NCBI GenBank assembly: GCA_044892525.1
Contig: CM097886.1
Span: 14,570,001-14,634,000, forward strand
Length of the DNA: 64,000 nucleotides
Reading direction: 5' to 3'
Source: Schmidtea polychroa
Taxonomy: Eukaryota
The position numbers and the translations under genes were made by a program. Under the pieces are notes generated by a model. That model ran no database searches. It was not told the DNA's origin and worked only from the letters and a program-made list of their open reading frames with translations. This document shows positions 35,222-48,644 of this stretch, in pieces. Position 1 is the stretch's first letter; each line of letters begins with the position of its first letter.

Positions 35222-37399
35222 ATATTTCAAGCTATTGAATGAGGATAATGTATCAGTTGATCGTCTAAAACCAGCATGGCAATCAAGTTAGGAGTGGAGA
35301 ATTGTTGTGATTAGAAAAGCATTAATCACACAAAACCCTTTTAACAAAATATTAATTTAATTTTGTTTCAATAATTAAGAATTGTGAAATTATAAATATT
35401 TGAATTTTGTTAAATCATTATGTCAAATCATAACAACTACCATAACAAATTTATTAATCTTAAAACAGATCCTGTGATAGTAGGCCTGGACTCGTATATT
35501 ACTTAATCAAGAAAGCATTCTGTTGAAGCCTCAGTGTTGAACTCTTAGTGTCTTATACTTAGTCTTAAGGTTAGGTATTGAATTAAGTATGTGCTCTAGT
35601 TGCATTATAGATCATTAATTACTCAAATTGTTTGTCGTCCTGGCTCACTGGACTCGATACGGCAAACCCTTAATGTGTTGTAACCTTGAGCTAACGTACA
35701 AAATAAAGGTTCGCCGTGGCCTCAGTCGATTTAATTATAAACGTTAACACTACACGTAGACAACGTCGATACTGATCATGTTGCTTATACCTGGGCCTAA
35801 AATCAGTTTTTACCCAACTCATGGAACAACATAAACTTAAATTTTTTATTCACTTTAGATGTACTGAATTTCAATGAACTGAAAAAGTTAACTCATTTCT
35901 TGACCAACGAATTTTGAGTATTGACATACACATAAAAATGGTAATCAATGAAAAAATGTTTACTAAACTGCTGAGCTATATAATAAAAGTGTTGAAATTG
36001 ACCAAAACTGCTAAGTTGGAGATTCTAGTTATAAAATTTTTAAATAAAGTTAAAAATTTCGTATTTACTGAAAAAATTAAATAATTTACGTAGGTTTAAG
36101 TACATAATCAAGATTGTAAGGCTGTGAAAATAGTAAAATTAAAATTAAGTAGAATGTAATTAAAAAAAAATAACGGTCTACAAAATTTTACAGTAAACCA
36201 ATCGACCACTTCGCGCGAGAACAATATAGTAGAGTCCAGAAGTAGAATGTTCCGGTAAACCGGCCTGGTGTCTAATTCATCACTAGCAACTAACGCGAAC
36301 ACAGAATGTTATCAGTGAAGGGTTAGAATAACATGAAAACTTAACTGTAAGACAAACAGTAATCGACATACAATCATTGTTAGATGCTATAACATTCAAT
36401 TCTTCAGTCATCAAATAAATTACTAAGACTAAATAAATCCAAAATTATATTTCAATAAATCTACTTATCTGAACTTCGAATTTTTGTCCAGGGTCATAGT
36501 TTTATAACATCCTGGGACATTTTCTTTTTATAAATTTTAATTTCAACCAAATATCAACATACCACATTCATACTTGAATTGCAATTTTATTAAAAATTAT
36601 TTTCAAAATTAAAATCAAAATATTCATTTTAATTTTAAACCATTTTAATTTTAATATATTTTAAATAATTTAAGTTTCGCTTTTATTTTTACAAAATTTA
36701 ATCATAAAATAATTCTAATTTAATATTTTAATTTTAACTCCTCACAGTCTTAATCATAGTTTTTCTAGTTTAAATTAAATCTATTTTAGCTATTTATAAT
36801 TGGTAGACCATTTCAACTAAATAGATTAGTTTTTACAAATTAAGTGTAAGGTGTACGGTTAATTAATTATAATGCCGAATCGTTTTAACTAATAGTACTT
36901 AAAAGTCATTTTAACTATTTAAATTTACAACTCCGTTTAACTCATCGTTTACTTGGATCGTTTTAATTAAATAGTTTTTTTTCTTTTCAATAAATTTGGA
37001 TTTAAATCTTTAGGGGATTGGCTTTGATGATTTATGGCAGGGGTGCCCATAAGGTCGATCACGATCTACCGGTAGATCGCGAAGGATTTTTTAGTAGATC
37101 TTCATAAAAATATTTTTTATATAAATTTAGATTTTATATAAAATTTCTGTTTTATGCTTAAATTTTTTGTCAATTTTCATGTTCTGTCTTCCATTTCTAT
37201 GGTAATACTAAATAACATTTTTTAATTTTGATTTCACCATTTCCAAAATGTTATTTAGTTTAATTTAGTTTAGGTAAATATTATGTAAGGTAGGTAAATA
37301 TTATGTAAGTATTAAAAAAGTAGATCGCATACACATTTTGGATGTGAATGTAGCTCTCCTAGAAAAATTAGTGGGCACCCCTGCTGTAGTGTATTTGAC

Positions 37400-37900
37400 A
37401 TGAGAGAAGGTTCAACATACTCTATAAAGATTGCAAATTTAGCATATCGACCAAGATATATTTTAATTGGATTCAAAGATATAGATCCATCCTTTCAAAA
37501 AAATAACAACTTGTTTATTCAAAAGATTGGAGTTAATAAATTAAAATCAATTCAAATTCAATTGAATAATAGTTATTATCCAGTAAATAGAATGGAGTTT
37601 AATATAGAAAACAATGAAAATATATTCCCATATGTAAATTATATTCAAACATGCCAAGACTTCAAAATAAAACCACAATTAAGTTTAGAAGATTTCAAAA
37701 ATTTGTATTCTATATTCTGTATAAATGTTTCAGTTCAAGATGATAGATTAGCTATAAATAATGTTGATGTTACTCTTCATATAACAAAGGATTTTAATTT
37801 TAAAGCAAAAATATATACATTAATTCTTGAAGAAAAGAAAATAGAAATGAAGTTATATGGTGGAAAGATTTCAATAATTGAGAATGTTAGAGGACATTAA
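37400..37900 (+). pseudogene. Captured Polinton capsid C-terminal part
   Basis: Near-identical to 9,345-9,836; retains NSY that the 9.6-kb copy lacks. Confidence 0.9.
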
Positions 37901-37987
37901 GTTTAATTCTCCAAACTTATTTGGAGAAATAAACAAGTTTTAGTAATAAAACTAAAATTATTATAATTAAATTTAAACTTTTTAAAA

Positions 37988-38542
37988 ATGACTACTAAAC
38001 GTTATTGGAGATGTGAAACTTGTAATTGTGATGTTACAACACACCATAAAGCGAATCATCTTAAAACTAAAAAACACCTCTCTCGATCTGAACTTGCTTT
38101 AGAGAGAGAGAATTTAACTCAATCAAATAATAATAATATTCCTACAAATAATTTTGAAGGTGAAATAATTTCATCTTCAAATAATATCCCATGGTTAGAT
38201 TTCGATCCTTCAAGTAGATTTGCTTTTGAAATTTTTGAAAAACAGGGTGGTGATTTACAATCTCCAAAATTAACATCAACATTATTGAAACCCTTTACTA
38301 CTGAAAAATATCCAGGTGAAAGACATTTATTTAAACACAACTATACTGGACCAGGAACACGATTAGATATCAGACTTGATGAAAATAATAATCCCAAACA
38401 AGGAGAGGAACCAATAAATAGAATTGACCAAGCTGCTTTGAAACATGACATTGCTTACAATTCAAAAATTCTTAGAGATAGACATGTTGCTGATGTTAAT
38501 TTAATACATCATCAACCAAAGAAAAGTTTCAAAGAGCTCTAG
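37988..38542 (+). pseudogene. Captured ZnF-PLA2 gene, 3' frameshift caused by a 25-nt deletion
   Basis: Near-identical to 8,498-9,256; catalytic motifs intact; deletion between CAT microhomologies. Confidence 0.88.
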
Positions 38543-38983
38543 TTAAATTAGCAATGAAGGGTAAGATCTTCATGATCGCATACACATTTTGGATGTGAAT
38601 GTAGCTCTCCTAGAAAAATTAGTGGGCACCCCTGATTTATGGTAAGGAGTTATCCAAATTTAGTTAATGGATACTAATAGACAAGTCAACATACCGGCTT
38701 AATTCGTATTCGACGGTTAATTTCATTTTAACTAGACTTGGGTAGCGAAGTTAATTTACTCTAATTTCGGTTAAAATTCTAGTTGATAATAAAAGTTGAG
38801 TTAACTATCAATCAATATTTTTTTCTCTAAAGGGTCCTAACCTGTCGTCAATAGGTGTGAGATTTTCCTGTCCAAATTGTTTGCGTACTGATTTCGCTAG
38901 GATCAAATCTAAGTAAATATTAGTGTACAAAGCTCATCGTCTCATCATATATTCTTACCATCTAAATATAATAATGTGGATTT

Positions 38984-39820
38984 ATGTCACTTTATCACTT
39001 TTATAGAGAATGTATGGAAACCCTTCGACCACGACGGCACTCAAACCATGCTATTCACGGCCCGACAAAAATGCAATTATCAAGACTACGATGGCAGATC
39101 GGTCTTCCGAAGAAAAAGATCGACCAATTAAAAGTAACGTGGTTCGCGCCCACGCAAATGAAAGAAATGCGAAAGAAGTTGGCTCAGGTAGAACATTGCC
39201 AAGACAGCCTAGTCGAAGAAAGCAGATCCCAGAGACTGCTAATTAAAGAGCAATCAGAGGCGCTGCACTAGGTCTACGTGCAGGCGACCATCACCAAAAA
39301 TATTGTCAAAATACCAATCACTGAAGACAACGTATTTCCGTCTCATTATTATCGTCCATAACACACTCAACCAGTTTGGAAATTATGCAGGAGTTGTGTG
39401 GACACTCTTCTATCGCCCAAAACTCCGGAAGTCAGTATCACCGGCGTCAGTCAAGTAGTACCAAAAACCACTATAATACTCAGCCCAGTCATCTCTTTAG
39501 TGCCACCGAATTTATCCAAACGACGACAGCCGACTCAGGCCGAAAGAACCAAGAAACAAAAGATTCTACAAGCTGAACGAGAAGCTAAACTAATTGCCGA
39601 TAACGTGCAGGCAGCTCTACAACCTCAATCCGCTATGTCGACCCATCCAGCATGTCAATTTCGCGTCGTACTCCCCTCGAGTACACCATAGGAGGAGAAT
39701 GCTACGGACTTCTTGGATCTCGAGGAACTATTCACCGAAGCTGCTTCCACTACGTTATTTATTACTCATTCAAATTCAAAAGAAAAAATATTCGTTTGAA
39801 GTGCTCAGAAAAGATTAAAG
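38984..39820 (+). pseudogene. Unknown repeated ORF family, copy B, with Pro/Thr-rich continuation
   Basis: Homologous to the 1-328 minus-strand ORF; interrupted by stops. Confidence 0.55.
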
Positions 39821-40099
39821 TTAACAAGTAGACTGTTAAAATTACTAAGTTCAGGTTTATCGAAAAAATCAGAAGTCACATTTTGTTTAAAGTTTATTTA
39901 ATCAAAAATATCTGTCTAAGCCAATTTTATGTCCAATTTTATATTACTTTAACAAATATTTTCGTACTTAAAACAAATCTATATTTTCAAATTCATATAT
40001 TTTCTAAAAATGTTAGTTTTAAAAAAATGTTATATTAAGAATGGACCATCGACACTTCGAGAAGGTTCTAGAGCATTGAGAGAATTTGTAAATGGTATC

Positions 40100-40840
40100 G
40101 GGGTTGCAGTAGAATTAATTGCTAATAGCTGCTAACCTTGAGAAATACATAAATCTGGGAAGGATGGAAACTCATATTTGATAAAAACTACTTACGAAGA
40201 AATTATTTCGAAAAAGTCAAACTTGCAATAATTATATAAAAAAATTCGAAATATTATTCAATTAATGTGGATTCTACATCAGATATTTGAAATGTCAACC
40301 AACTTTCGTTTAAATTAAGATGTCATAAACGGAATTCCTATGGAACGATTCATATTTTTGGTTTGTGGAAAATGTTTTTAGTAAGGCAGGATAAAAGAAT
40401 TCCCAAAATCAGAAGAATTTGAAAAATTTTTTCATGGTTCATAATATCATAAAACTAACGAGTTAACAAGTTTCATACAATAGAACAAAGCAGTAAAAGC
40501 TGGGAAGATATATTACCAGAAGTTAAATACACATTGAATGAAACAATTCCGAAATACGTTCCACAAAATTTATATTTTGCGGGAAGATTACTGTATCAAA
40601 ATGTTATAATAATAGCGCCAAAAATAAAGCTAGCATAATAAATCACAAGAATAAGTACAAGAAGTTAAAACTGTAAGACATTTTGAAATATAATGTGGGA
40701 CTCGAAATAAAAACAAGGATGTGAAGAACAGTATAAGATAATAAAGAAAAGGCACAAGGGTTAATCTGTTAAACGACGAAGAACTCAAAATAATAATCAG
40801 AAATATTGAGATGATGAAAGATTTTAAAAAGGGGATGTGA
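40100..40840 (+). mobile_element. Very decayed Gypsy integrase 3' relic with PPT
   Basis: YHKTNE, SWEDILPEVKYTLN; AAAAAGGGGA|TGTGAG at ~40,835. Confidence 0.45.
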
Positions 40841-41689
40841 GAAAGTCTACATAATTAAGGTTTGTTGACGAAGATAGTATTTTTAAAGATTTATAAATGT
40901 CTGGTATAGATTTAAATATTTTAATATGAATGACAGAAATGAATCTAAACATTTAAGCACAGAATCGAAATTGAAGTCTTCTTGTTTCATGTACCTTAGA
41001 AACGGCATGATTACATTTCATCCAGATAAATAAATATTACTGTCCATCACTTTACATCCATCACATAAACAATTCCTAGACTATCATTGTTGTTGAAAAA
41101 CATCGGTTTGGTTTGTCCTTAATATCACTTAAGCAAATTTTCAAATCGGATCGCTATTCTAATTAATATTTACATTAGATTTAAATATTCATCTACATGA
41201 GAGGGAAGGCTTTCCCGTTTACCGGCAGGCATTATTTCATGTTCATTCAATTTATTCTAATACTATTCAAATTAATTTTTTATTTAAACCTCATTTAAAT
41301 TAAACTTCGATTGAATTAATATTTTCTTTAATAATAAATGGAGTTTACCTATGTTCGTTAATCAAATCTCGTTCCCAACACTCGGAAAGTTCTCGAGGGT
41401 ATACATGAAATAGTGCTGGTAGGGTATGAAGTGGAGATCGGCTGGAATCCGGCCATCATGTAGAAATGTTTAATGCTAAAATTTGAGTCAAATTCAATAT
41501 GTGATTTTTCGATTAGATGTCTGATTACTTATATCCCCATTTGCTGTTTTGCGAATCACTTTATAACTACTTTTCCAAATTTTCAGTAAATGTCTGAACC
41601 AAATCTTCCCAAGGCTGGTCCAAAGCCGTGTTTTTTCATCTTTTTTCTCTTCGTAAAACTTTAATATTAATTTCCTAGTGTCAGATTGA

Positions 41690-42797
41690 TTCTTTGGTAA
41701 TATAAATTCTTTTTGCTTAATATATTCTCGAATGGAATCACTACCCGTAATCCATTTTATGGAAAAACCATCTTTAGCAGCTAACCGGGCAACAATTTCA
41801 GGGAGTGATTGTTTTTTTATGAAATTTGATATAGATGATTGGCATATTGTAATTCTTTTGGGACTATTTAAACATTCCGTATTTTTGGATTCTTCTATAG
41901 TTTTTTTATCTAGATAAATATCATGAACTCTTTCTAGATGTATTTCTAATCCAGTTGTATTTGACCCTTTGCATGAAATTTTTCTTGGACAGTGTTTGCA
42001 TTGAGTTGATTCTTTTTGTGCTAGTTTTTTGTAATGTTTCCATACTTCCGAATGATTAAAATAATGATCGAATAAAAAATAACAATAAAATGATAATACT
42101 TATTTTATACGAAATATCCAAAGCAAATATTATTATAATTACCGTTAAAATGAATTTAAAATGTTAATATCGAAATCTGCAGGTCACAATTTTAAAAATA
42201 AATTGATAATTCATTTTGCAAGTTGTTAAAAACTATATCGAGTATCTAAATATGTAGAAAGAAACTGATCGTATTTAGTAAGTTTATAATAATAGAAAAA
42301 TATAAGAAACAACTAAATTGGTTTTATAACATGTAAGAATGCAAGCTGGACGTTTATTTGTTATGTATTCTGTCGACAGATATGTGAAATACAATTGAGA
42401 TGGCCCATTGTTTTCGCACGTACCTTCACCGTCGCCAAAGGGTTAATATTTTATGCATATCCATAACACATTAACACATCCTTTGGAAAACGAGTAATGT
42501 TTACGTTAAAAAATAAATTTAAATTTACGATGGCGAATGCTGTCGGGTTTGGAAATTGGATAAAAATATTTTATCTAATTTCCAGATTGTGTAGTTTTTG
42601 AAGGAGGGCTGACCAAAAATAAAAATAAAAAAATCTTTCTACATTTGCAAAAAAAGTCGACAAATAAAATGTAAAATATATTAACTACATTTTTAATCAA
42701 AAAGTCTCGAGTCCCGGGAATTTTTTAATAAAAGTCCCGAGACTCGAGACAGTTAAAAACCCCAAAAGTCTCGGAACGTCTCGACGCAGAATCCCTA
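41690..42797 (-). mobile_element. 5' part of a BED-finger hAT-like element
   Basis: SEVWKHY...QCKHC...SCKGSNTTGLEIHLERVH; SLPEIVARLAAKDGFS; terminus TAGGGATTCTGCG at 42,797 with CGAGAC subterminal repeats. Confidence 0.75.
42400..42442. mobile_element. piggyBac-like end
   Basis: CACCGTCGCCAAAGGG|TTAA; partner end not found. Confidence 0.4.
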
Positions 42798-43001
42798 GAC
42801 AGTTGGTAGACTCACAAGAATTTACAGGAACTTATCTTAGCAGCCACGTAACTCACATCGATTGAAAGGAACAAAAAATGAAGTGGGCTACTCGAGTTTA
42901 CATTATTAAGCATTTGAATTTTATTATTCGTAATAATGTCTTTAAAACAAATTATTAATAAAATAATTTAATCAAACAATGAATTCTTTTAATAAAATCG
43001 T

Positions 43002-45162
43002 GCTATGGCGGAGAATAAGGGTACTGATTTTGTAAATGAATAAATAATGTAATATAATATAACGAATAACTCCATATAACATGACTATTCCTAATAATAT
43101 GATCATAATAAATAGTTAAACCATTAATATTTAATGATTTTTTAAATTCTTTTATATCAATAATACAATTTCTATAATAATTTTTTCTTATAAATCACCC
43201 CAATGAAAAAAAGAGCATTTACAATTGCTTTTAAGAAAGAAGTGATTTCATATATGGAACTTGGAAATTCATGTTATAAGGCAAAAAACTTCGGCTACAG
43301 AGATAGTTGCTAGTATAGTCAATCTATGTTTCAGCAGTGGTGTAAGAAAAAAGAAGCGATTAGAGCACAATCTGCATCGATGAAAAGAGCGTCTGGAGGC
43401 GGAAGAAAGTCTTTGCTGGGATCTCTTGAAGAATTAATTTTTGATGAAATTATTGAATTAAGAATAATGAAAATAAGGTTACCCGAACTTTCATATCCGA
43501 TCGAGATATTACATTAGGAGAACAAAATAATATTGACATCAAAGCTTCAGGCCGCTGGATTGATGGTTTCATGAAAAGAAAGTGATTGTCGCTTAGAAGA
43601 ACCAACTTTACGAATTTATTAGATTATACGTTAATTTTCCGTACCATTAATTATATGGGTTTTTTAAGAGCTACGATCCTTAATTTTGACTTGTCGAAAA
43701 CATTGTTAATGGATGAAACAGCTGTTTATTTCGAAGATAATAGGACCCATACAGTTGATTTAAAAGGACGGAGACACGTAATAATGAAATCAACAGGGTT
43801 TTCTTCCATGCGTATAACAGTAATTGCGTCAATTTGCGCTAATGGAAGAAAAGCTGTACTTCTTGATATTCACAAAGGAAAATATACTTTTGCAAATATT
43901 AATTCGCTCAACAATATTTATAGCATTACACAAGAAAAAGCATGGGTAAATCAAGATTTAATAATCGCATGGATAAATTTAATGTTACCCATGTTTGATG
44001 CTAGTCAAGGAAAATGTATTGTATGGGATTCTTGCCGTGCTCATATTTCAGAACGTGTAAAAGAGCACTGCAGAAAAGAAATATATAACTTGTGGTAATA
44101 TCCGGTGGAATTTGCAAGCAGGAGATATTGGAATTTTTAAAGAATTTAAAGACAGAATTTCCAGTTTTATTATTATTTGGAAAAACTCCGAGAAAGGCGA
44201 ATACAAAAGACGTGGAAATCCCAGGGCTCCCAGCCAAGGCTTGTGAATCTTTGGATTAGTAATGCTTGAAGCTCTATGTCTATTCAAAACATAAAAAACT
44301 CTATTCAATCAGCTGGATTTTATGGAGAATTTCGGATTGGCATATATCTAAAAAAGATATTTATGGTGAGAGATTCCGAAATGAATTTATTAATTCGATA
44401 TTTGAAGATTCAACACCAACTCAGAACGAGCATGATTTTGAACCAGATGTATTTGATCTAGCTGATGAATGATTAAAAATACAATTATGTTTTTTATATT
44501 TCTTTAAAGTCAAATAGTATGACTAATTTACTTAACCATATTATTGGAGTTATCCGTTAAATATTTTTATGGAACTATGGATTTGTTTGAGCTTTTAGCA
44601 ATAATAAATGATGGTATGAAACCAATTTTATGGTTTATTGAACACAGGTTAATAAGAGAACGGATATTATGTGAAATATGTGGGAACACCTGAATCTTTG
44701 AATTCCTTTAAATGAATTTGTCGTTCTTGAAAAGAAAATTCAAAATACACGTTTAGAAGAGGTGTAGGAAGCTTTTTTGAATCAGCTAAAATTGCGTTGA
44801 AAAAATTTTTAGTTTTATTAAATAAGCAAAATTAGAAAAAAACAGTAATATTGCTATTTTAGGGATGTGTTCACACTATTTACTTGGAAATTGTTCTGAA
44901 TTTGGCGGAGATAGACGAGTCAAAGTATATGAAAATGAAATCAAACCGGGGGAATCCGAATGAAAATTCAGGATGAAAAAACGAGTTTTCGGTATTTTCG
45001 ATATGAACACTAAATTTTTTCATTTGGAATAGGTAAGTAACATGAAAAAAATACATATACAATTCAAATATTTTTTTATATTTTAGTTTAGTCACAAGAT
45101 ACTTATATTATTTATTTATTCACTTATTTTCAAAATCAGTACCCTTATTCTCCACCATAGGC
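43002..45162 (+). mobile_element. Merlin (IS1595-like) defective element carrying a nested pogo
   Basis: TIR CTATGGCGGAGAATAAGGGTACTGATTTTG / CAAAATCAGTACCCTTATTCTCCACCATAG; probable 9-bp TSD TAAAATCGT/TAAAATCAT; relics CEICG...GSFFESAKI and EIDESKYMKMKSNRG. Confidence 0.75.
43062..44557 (+). mobile_element. pogo-family (CENP-B HTH plus DDE_1) transposon, pseudogenised
   Basis: ATG 43,203 MKKRAFTIAFKKEVI; GGGRKS; MDETAVYF; VWDSCRAH; short TIRs ACGAATAACTCCA/TGGAGTTATCCGT between TA dinucleotides. Confidence 0.85.
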
Positions 45163-46169
45163 TAAAATCATGCTTATGTAATTATTATGTAATTATCATT
45201 TAAAAATATTTGAAAATAACTTACCAACATTTGACAAGTAAATCCACTAATAAACTAAATCATTAAAAATATTCTAAATTTTATTGTTATAATCTGTATC
45301 TAATTAAGTTAACAATTCATTTGAATAAATTATAATTCCTAAAAAGTACAATTAAATCACATATTGAAAATCACTTAAAATTTAACATTCAAAAAATGAG
45401 AAAAATAAAGTCACGGCTGTCATTCCTTTAAAGTTATGGCAATAAACAAGATTCTGAAAATCAGGTTTAAATTACCTGCTATCAAAAACTAAAGAAAAAC
45501 AAAGGATAAATATATAGAAATATTTCAAATATGTTATTCAATAAAACAATTTTAAATAACAATTCGTTCTTTTAAATCTTTCATTAAAAATTTATTATAA
45601 ACTCTTGAAAATGCTTTACTAAAAATTTATGTCAATTTAATGAAAATGCTGATAAAAAGTAAAATAAATAATGGAAATTAAAAATACATATTATTTTGTA
45701 AATATTGGTAAAAACAATTTGTACACTTGATGGAATTGTAATGTTGATAGATGTAGAATGATTAATGTTGACTTAATATATGTGGTTAATACCACATCGA
45801 TCATTGCTATAATTCAAATATAAACAATTACAACGTTGATTAAAATGCATTTCAGCAAAATCAAGCCCACCATGAGTTAAATTGGTATTATGTTGATAAT
45901 AAAATTCAGTGCTCATGAAGCTGTTGAGTTATGAATTCAATAAAATGACAGAAGGCATCTCAATTTCCACTACAGTGTTCCAACTAAATTATCTCTCATA
46001 TCGTCTCATGCAGATGAAAAATTTCTTGCAGATGAGAATAGACAAAAAGAATTGAGAAGCGAATTTAAGGAGACATTGAGAAAGTAGTCGTAAAATAATA
46101 ATGAAGCTTTAAGAATTATAAATAAAATTCATATATGTATTAATATAGAATTTTTAGGAAACTTAGTAC

Positions 46170-46905
46170 TGTTGGGGTTGTTAAAACTAAAAAAGTTATA
46201 TATAAAAAGAATGCATAACAAATATTGGTATTATCAATAAAAGTGCAAAATTGATTAAAACTTACTAAAAATCAAAGATCAATATTGAACGGGGGTATTG
46301 GGTATGGTTGAACTCCAAATTGATAGACGAGTTCAGAAAGTATAATGAAAATATAATAAGGTGTTCACAGGGAAAGTTAATGCGAGAAAAAAAATTAATT
46401 AAAATTAATTAATCTGTAAAGGAAAGCCCGAGCCCATAGAAAACCCGATACACAGTGAGACCCGATCCATCAGATAAGAGAGGGAATTTTTGAGCGCCAA
46501 TCTAGAACAAATAAATTAAAATAATTTGGAAACCTTCTAAAGTTTACTTAGAATTCCCAGGAGATAATAAATTGCAATTCTGTATATAATTGCCCTCTCA
46601 TAAACATACAGGCTACCAGTTGGTCGAAGAAACAAAGAAAAGGTCGGAGAATCAGGCGATCAGTGATCAGAAAACGAAATATAGTAATTGAAAAAATTTT
46701 AATCCTCGTACCAGTAAAGATGGTTGCCCCTCGGGTTATTTACCTTAACGAGTTATATTTATATTGAGCGAAAGGTGTAAATAGAGAGGTACATTGTAAT
46801 TTGATTGAAATTGCATAAAGTTATTCTGTGTTGGGTTTTGACTTATTTGTTTGAATAAGAACAATAGAAGTCAGAGAGAACTGATTTGAATGATAAAATA
46901 TAACA
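46170..46905 (+). mobile_element. Solo LTR (736 bp), TSD GTAC
   Basis: TGTTGGGG...TAACA flanked by GTAC; shares CCAGTTGGTCGAAGAAA and AGTCAGA motifs with the 15,779 LTR. Confidence 0.88.
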
Positions 46906-48000
46906 GTACCTTTGATGGTAAAAAGACAAAATCAAGCAGGAATTTTCGAATTAGAAATTGAAATAATATAGATATTGAAGTGTTACTTAAATATGTGACA
47001 TAAAACAAAGGTCACATGAAACTTTAAAAGTAAATCTAAAGATAAATGTTTTTTTCCAAGTAAGGGATACTCAAGGGATACTCAACTCAAGCAAGGGATA
47101 CATGCTTGTACAAGAGTGAATAAGTTGAGACAAATGGAAAATAGAAAAATGTCCCACAAAAATTGTGGACAACGATGAGATAAAATTGTATTTAGTGAAT
47201 ACTTGATTGTCTATGGAAAAAACAATTGCAATAGACGAAAATATCATATTAGCTGTGATAGCAAGAAAGGAAATTCCTAAACCGATTTATTAATATCATT
47301 AGTTGAATTAAGCGTGAACGAGGAAACAAAATACGATAGATCATATAAATTATGGGAAATGTAAAGTCACTAGAAGGAAATAATTTTCCAAACATTCCAT
47401 AATAAATATGATAATATACATTTGACAATTGAAAATATTGCAAAATAAACAACAATGAAAGAATAAAAAAACTGACAAAATAAAGTTGATTTTAAGAGAA
47501 ATCATAAAACTGGCCTAAGAATTTTTTATGCTGGTCAATCCAAATTTATGATTTTTATTTATTTTTAAAGAATCTTTATAAGTCAAAAATATATATGTCA
47601 TACATATACTATACAGTTTAAACAATACACACACACGATATATAGTTTAATTAATCGTTTTTAAAAACATTGGCCCGCTGTGACAAAGTCATATTCTACC
47701 ATAGTTTAATAAATATACAATATACAATATATACACTATTTAGTTCAATTAATACTTTTGGGGTTAGAAAGAATTGTCTATGTGTAATGGGTAATGAATA
47801 AGGAATATCTTATCAACTTATAAAAATCGAAAATTATAAATCTAAAATCGATTTTAAAACTATGGGCCACAAGGAAAAAGACTTATTTCTATAGTTAATT
47901 ATATAGGTCACACACGTTATATTTATGGGGTAGAAAAAATAATCTGTGTGCAAGGGGCAGTAAATTAGTGATAGCTCACCAAATTTTAAGATAAAATCAA

Positions 48001-48289
48001 AAATGTTTCAAGTATCATAATAAGGTGAATGAGGTATCATTTTAAAGTGTTATTATTATTCAAGGTATATAATGGTAATACAAGGGTCAATTTGAAGGTT
48101 TCATGGAAGAAAGTAATCAAAATCAAGATTAAAATCAGTGAATCCAAAAAGAATTTATTGAATAAGCACAGGAAACCTTTGTTATATCTAGTAAATAATA
48201 AAAATTTTAAATAATAAACCTTGGAAAACCCCATTGAAATCACTTTTAAATGATACCTCATTTACCTTATTATAATACTTGAAACATTT
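48001..48289. repeat. 49-bp inverted repeat pair (MITE-like)
   Basis: 48,001-48,049 versus 48,241-48,289, 3 mismatches. Confidence 0.8.
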
Positions 48290-48644
48290 TTTATGTTCCC
48301 TTAAAAGTTGATCTCTTATTTATTATATCTACTATATTAATTATATATACTAAAATTATATAGAATGTATGTGCGTGTAATTAATGTAACTTCATTGAGC
48401 ATGCGTATGTGTGTCTGTATGTTTAAATAATTAATTAAATTATATATTATGTGTATAACATATATCTAATAAAACTATATAGTATATATGAGGACAATGA
48501 AAGATTCTAAAAGTTTTAATTAGAAATTTTGTTAAATTTTAAAAATATTTTTATCGAAGAATATTTTAAAAGAAAGATTGAAATTTGTTTAAATAAGAAA
48601 CAAAGGATCAGATAAGTTTTGAGTGTATAATAATTTAATAAAAT

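Larger units (their letters stand above)
31180..35290 (+). mobile_element. pol: Degenerate Ty3/Gypsy element (gag-PR-RT-RH-IN, PPT), CsRN1-like, with internal insertions
   Basis: gag: YHSIYGKNARKC. PR: FLVETGASVSCLP...ILGAHFL. RT: FSTIDLGKEYLQIP...YEFLFMSF.LRNATSTFQR. RH: LRTDASGSGIG. IN: HNVAHPGIRRT...CQQCDSC...HMDIVG and C-terminal VSVDRLKPA. PPT AGGAGTGGAGAA precedes TGTTGTG at ~35,303. Confidence 0.9.
37038..38634 (+). mobile_element. Composite hAT element: 346-bp MITE, captured Polinton fragment, second right end; TSD ATTTATGG
   Basis: TIR CAGGGGTGCCCA/TGGGCACCCCTG; right ends at 37,383 and 38,634; 61 bp (37,323-37,383) repeated at 38,574-38,634; the 8-bp TSD is at 37,030-37,037 and 38,635-38,642 only. 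Confidence 0.92.
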
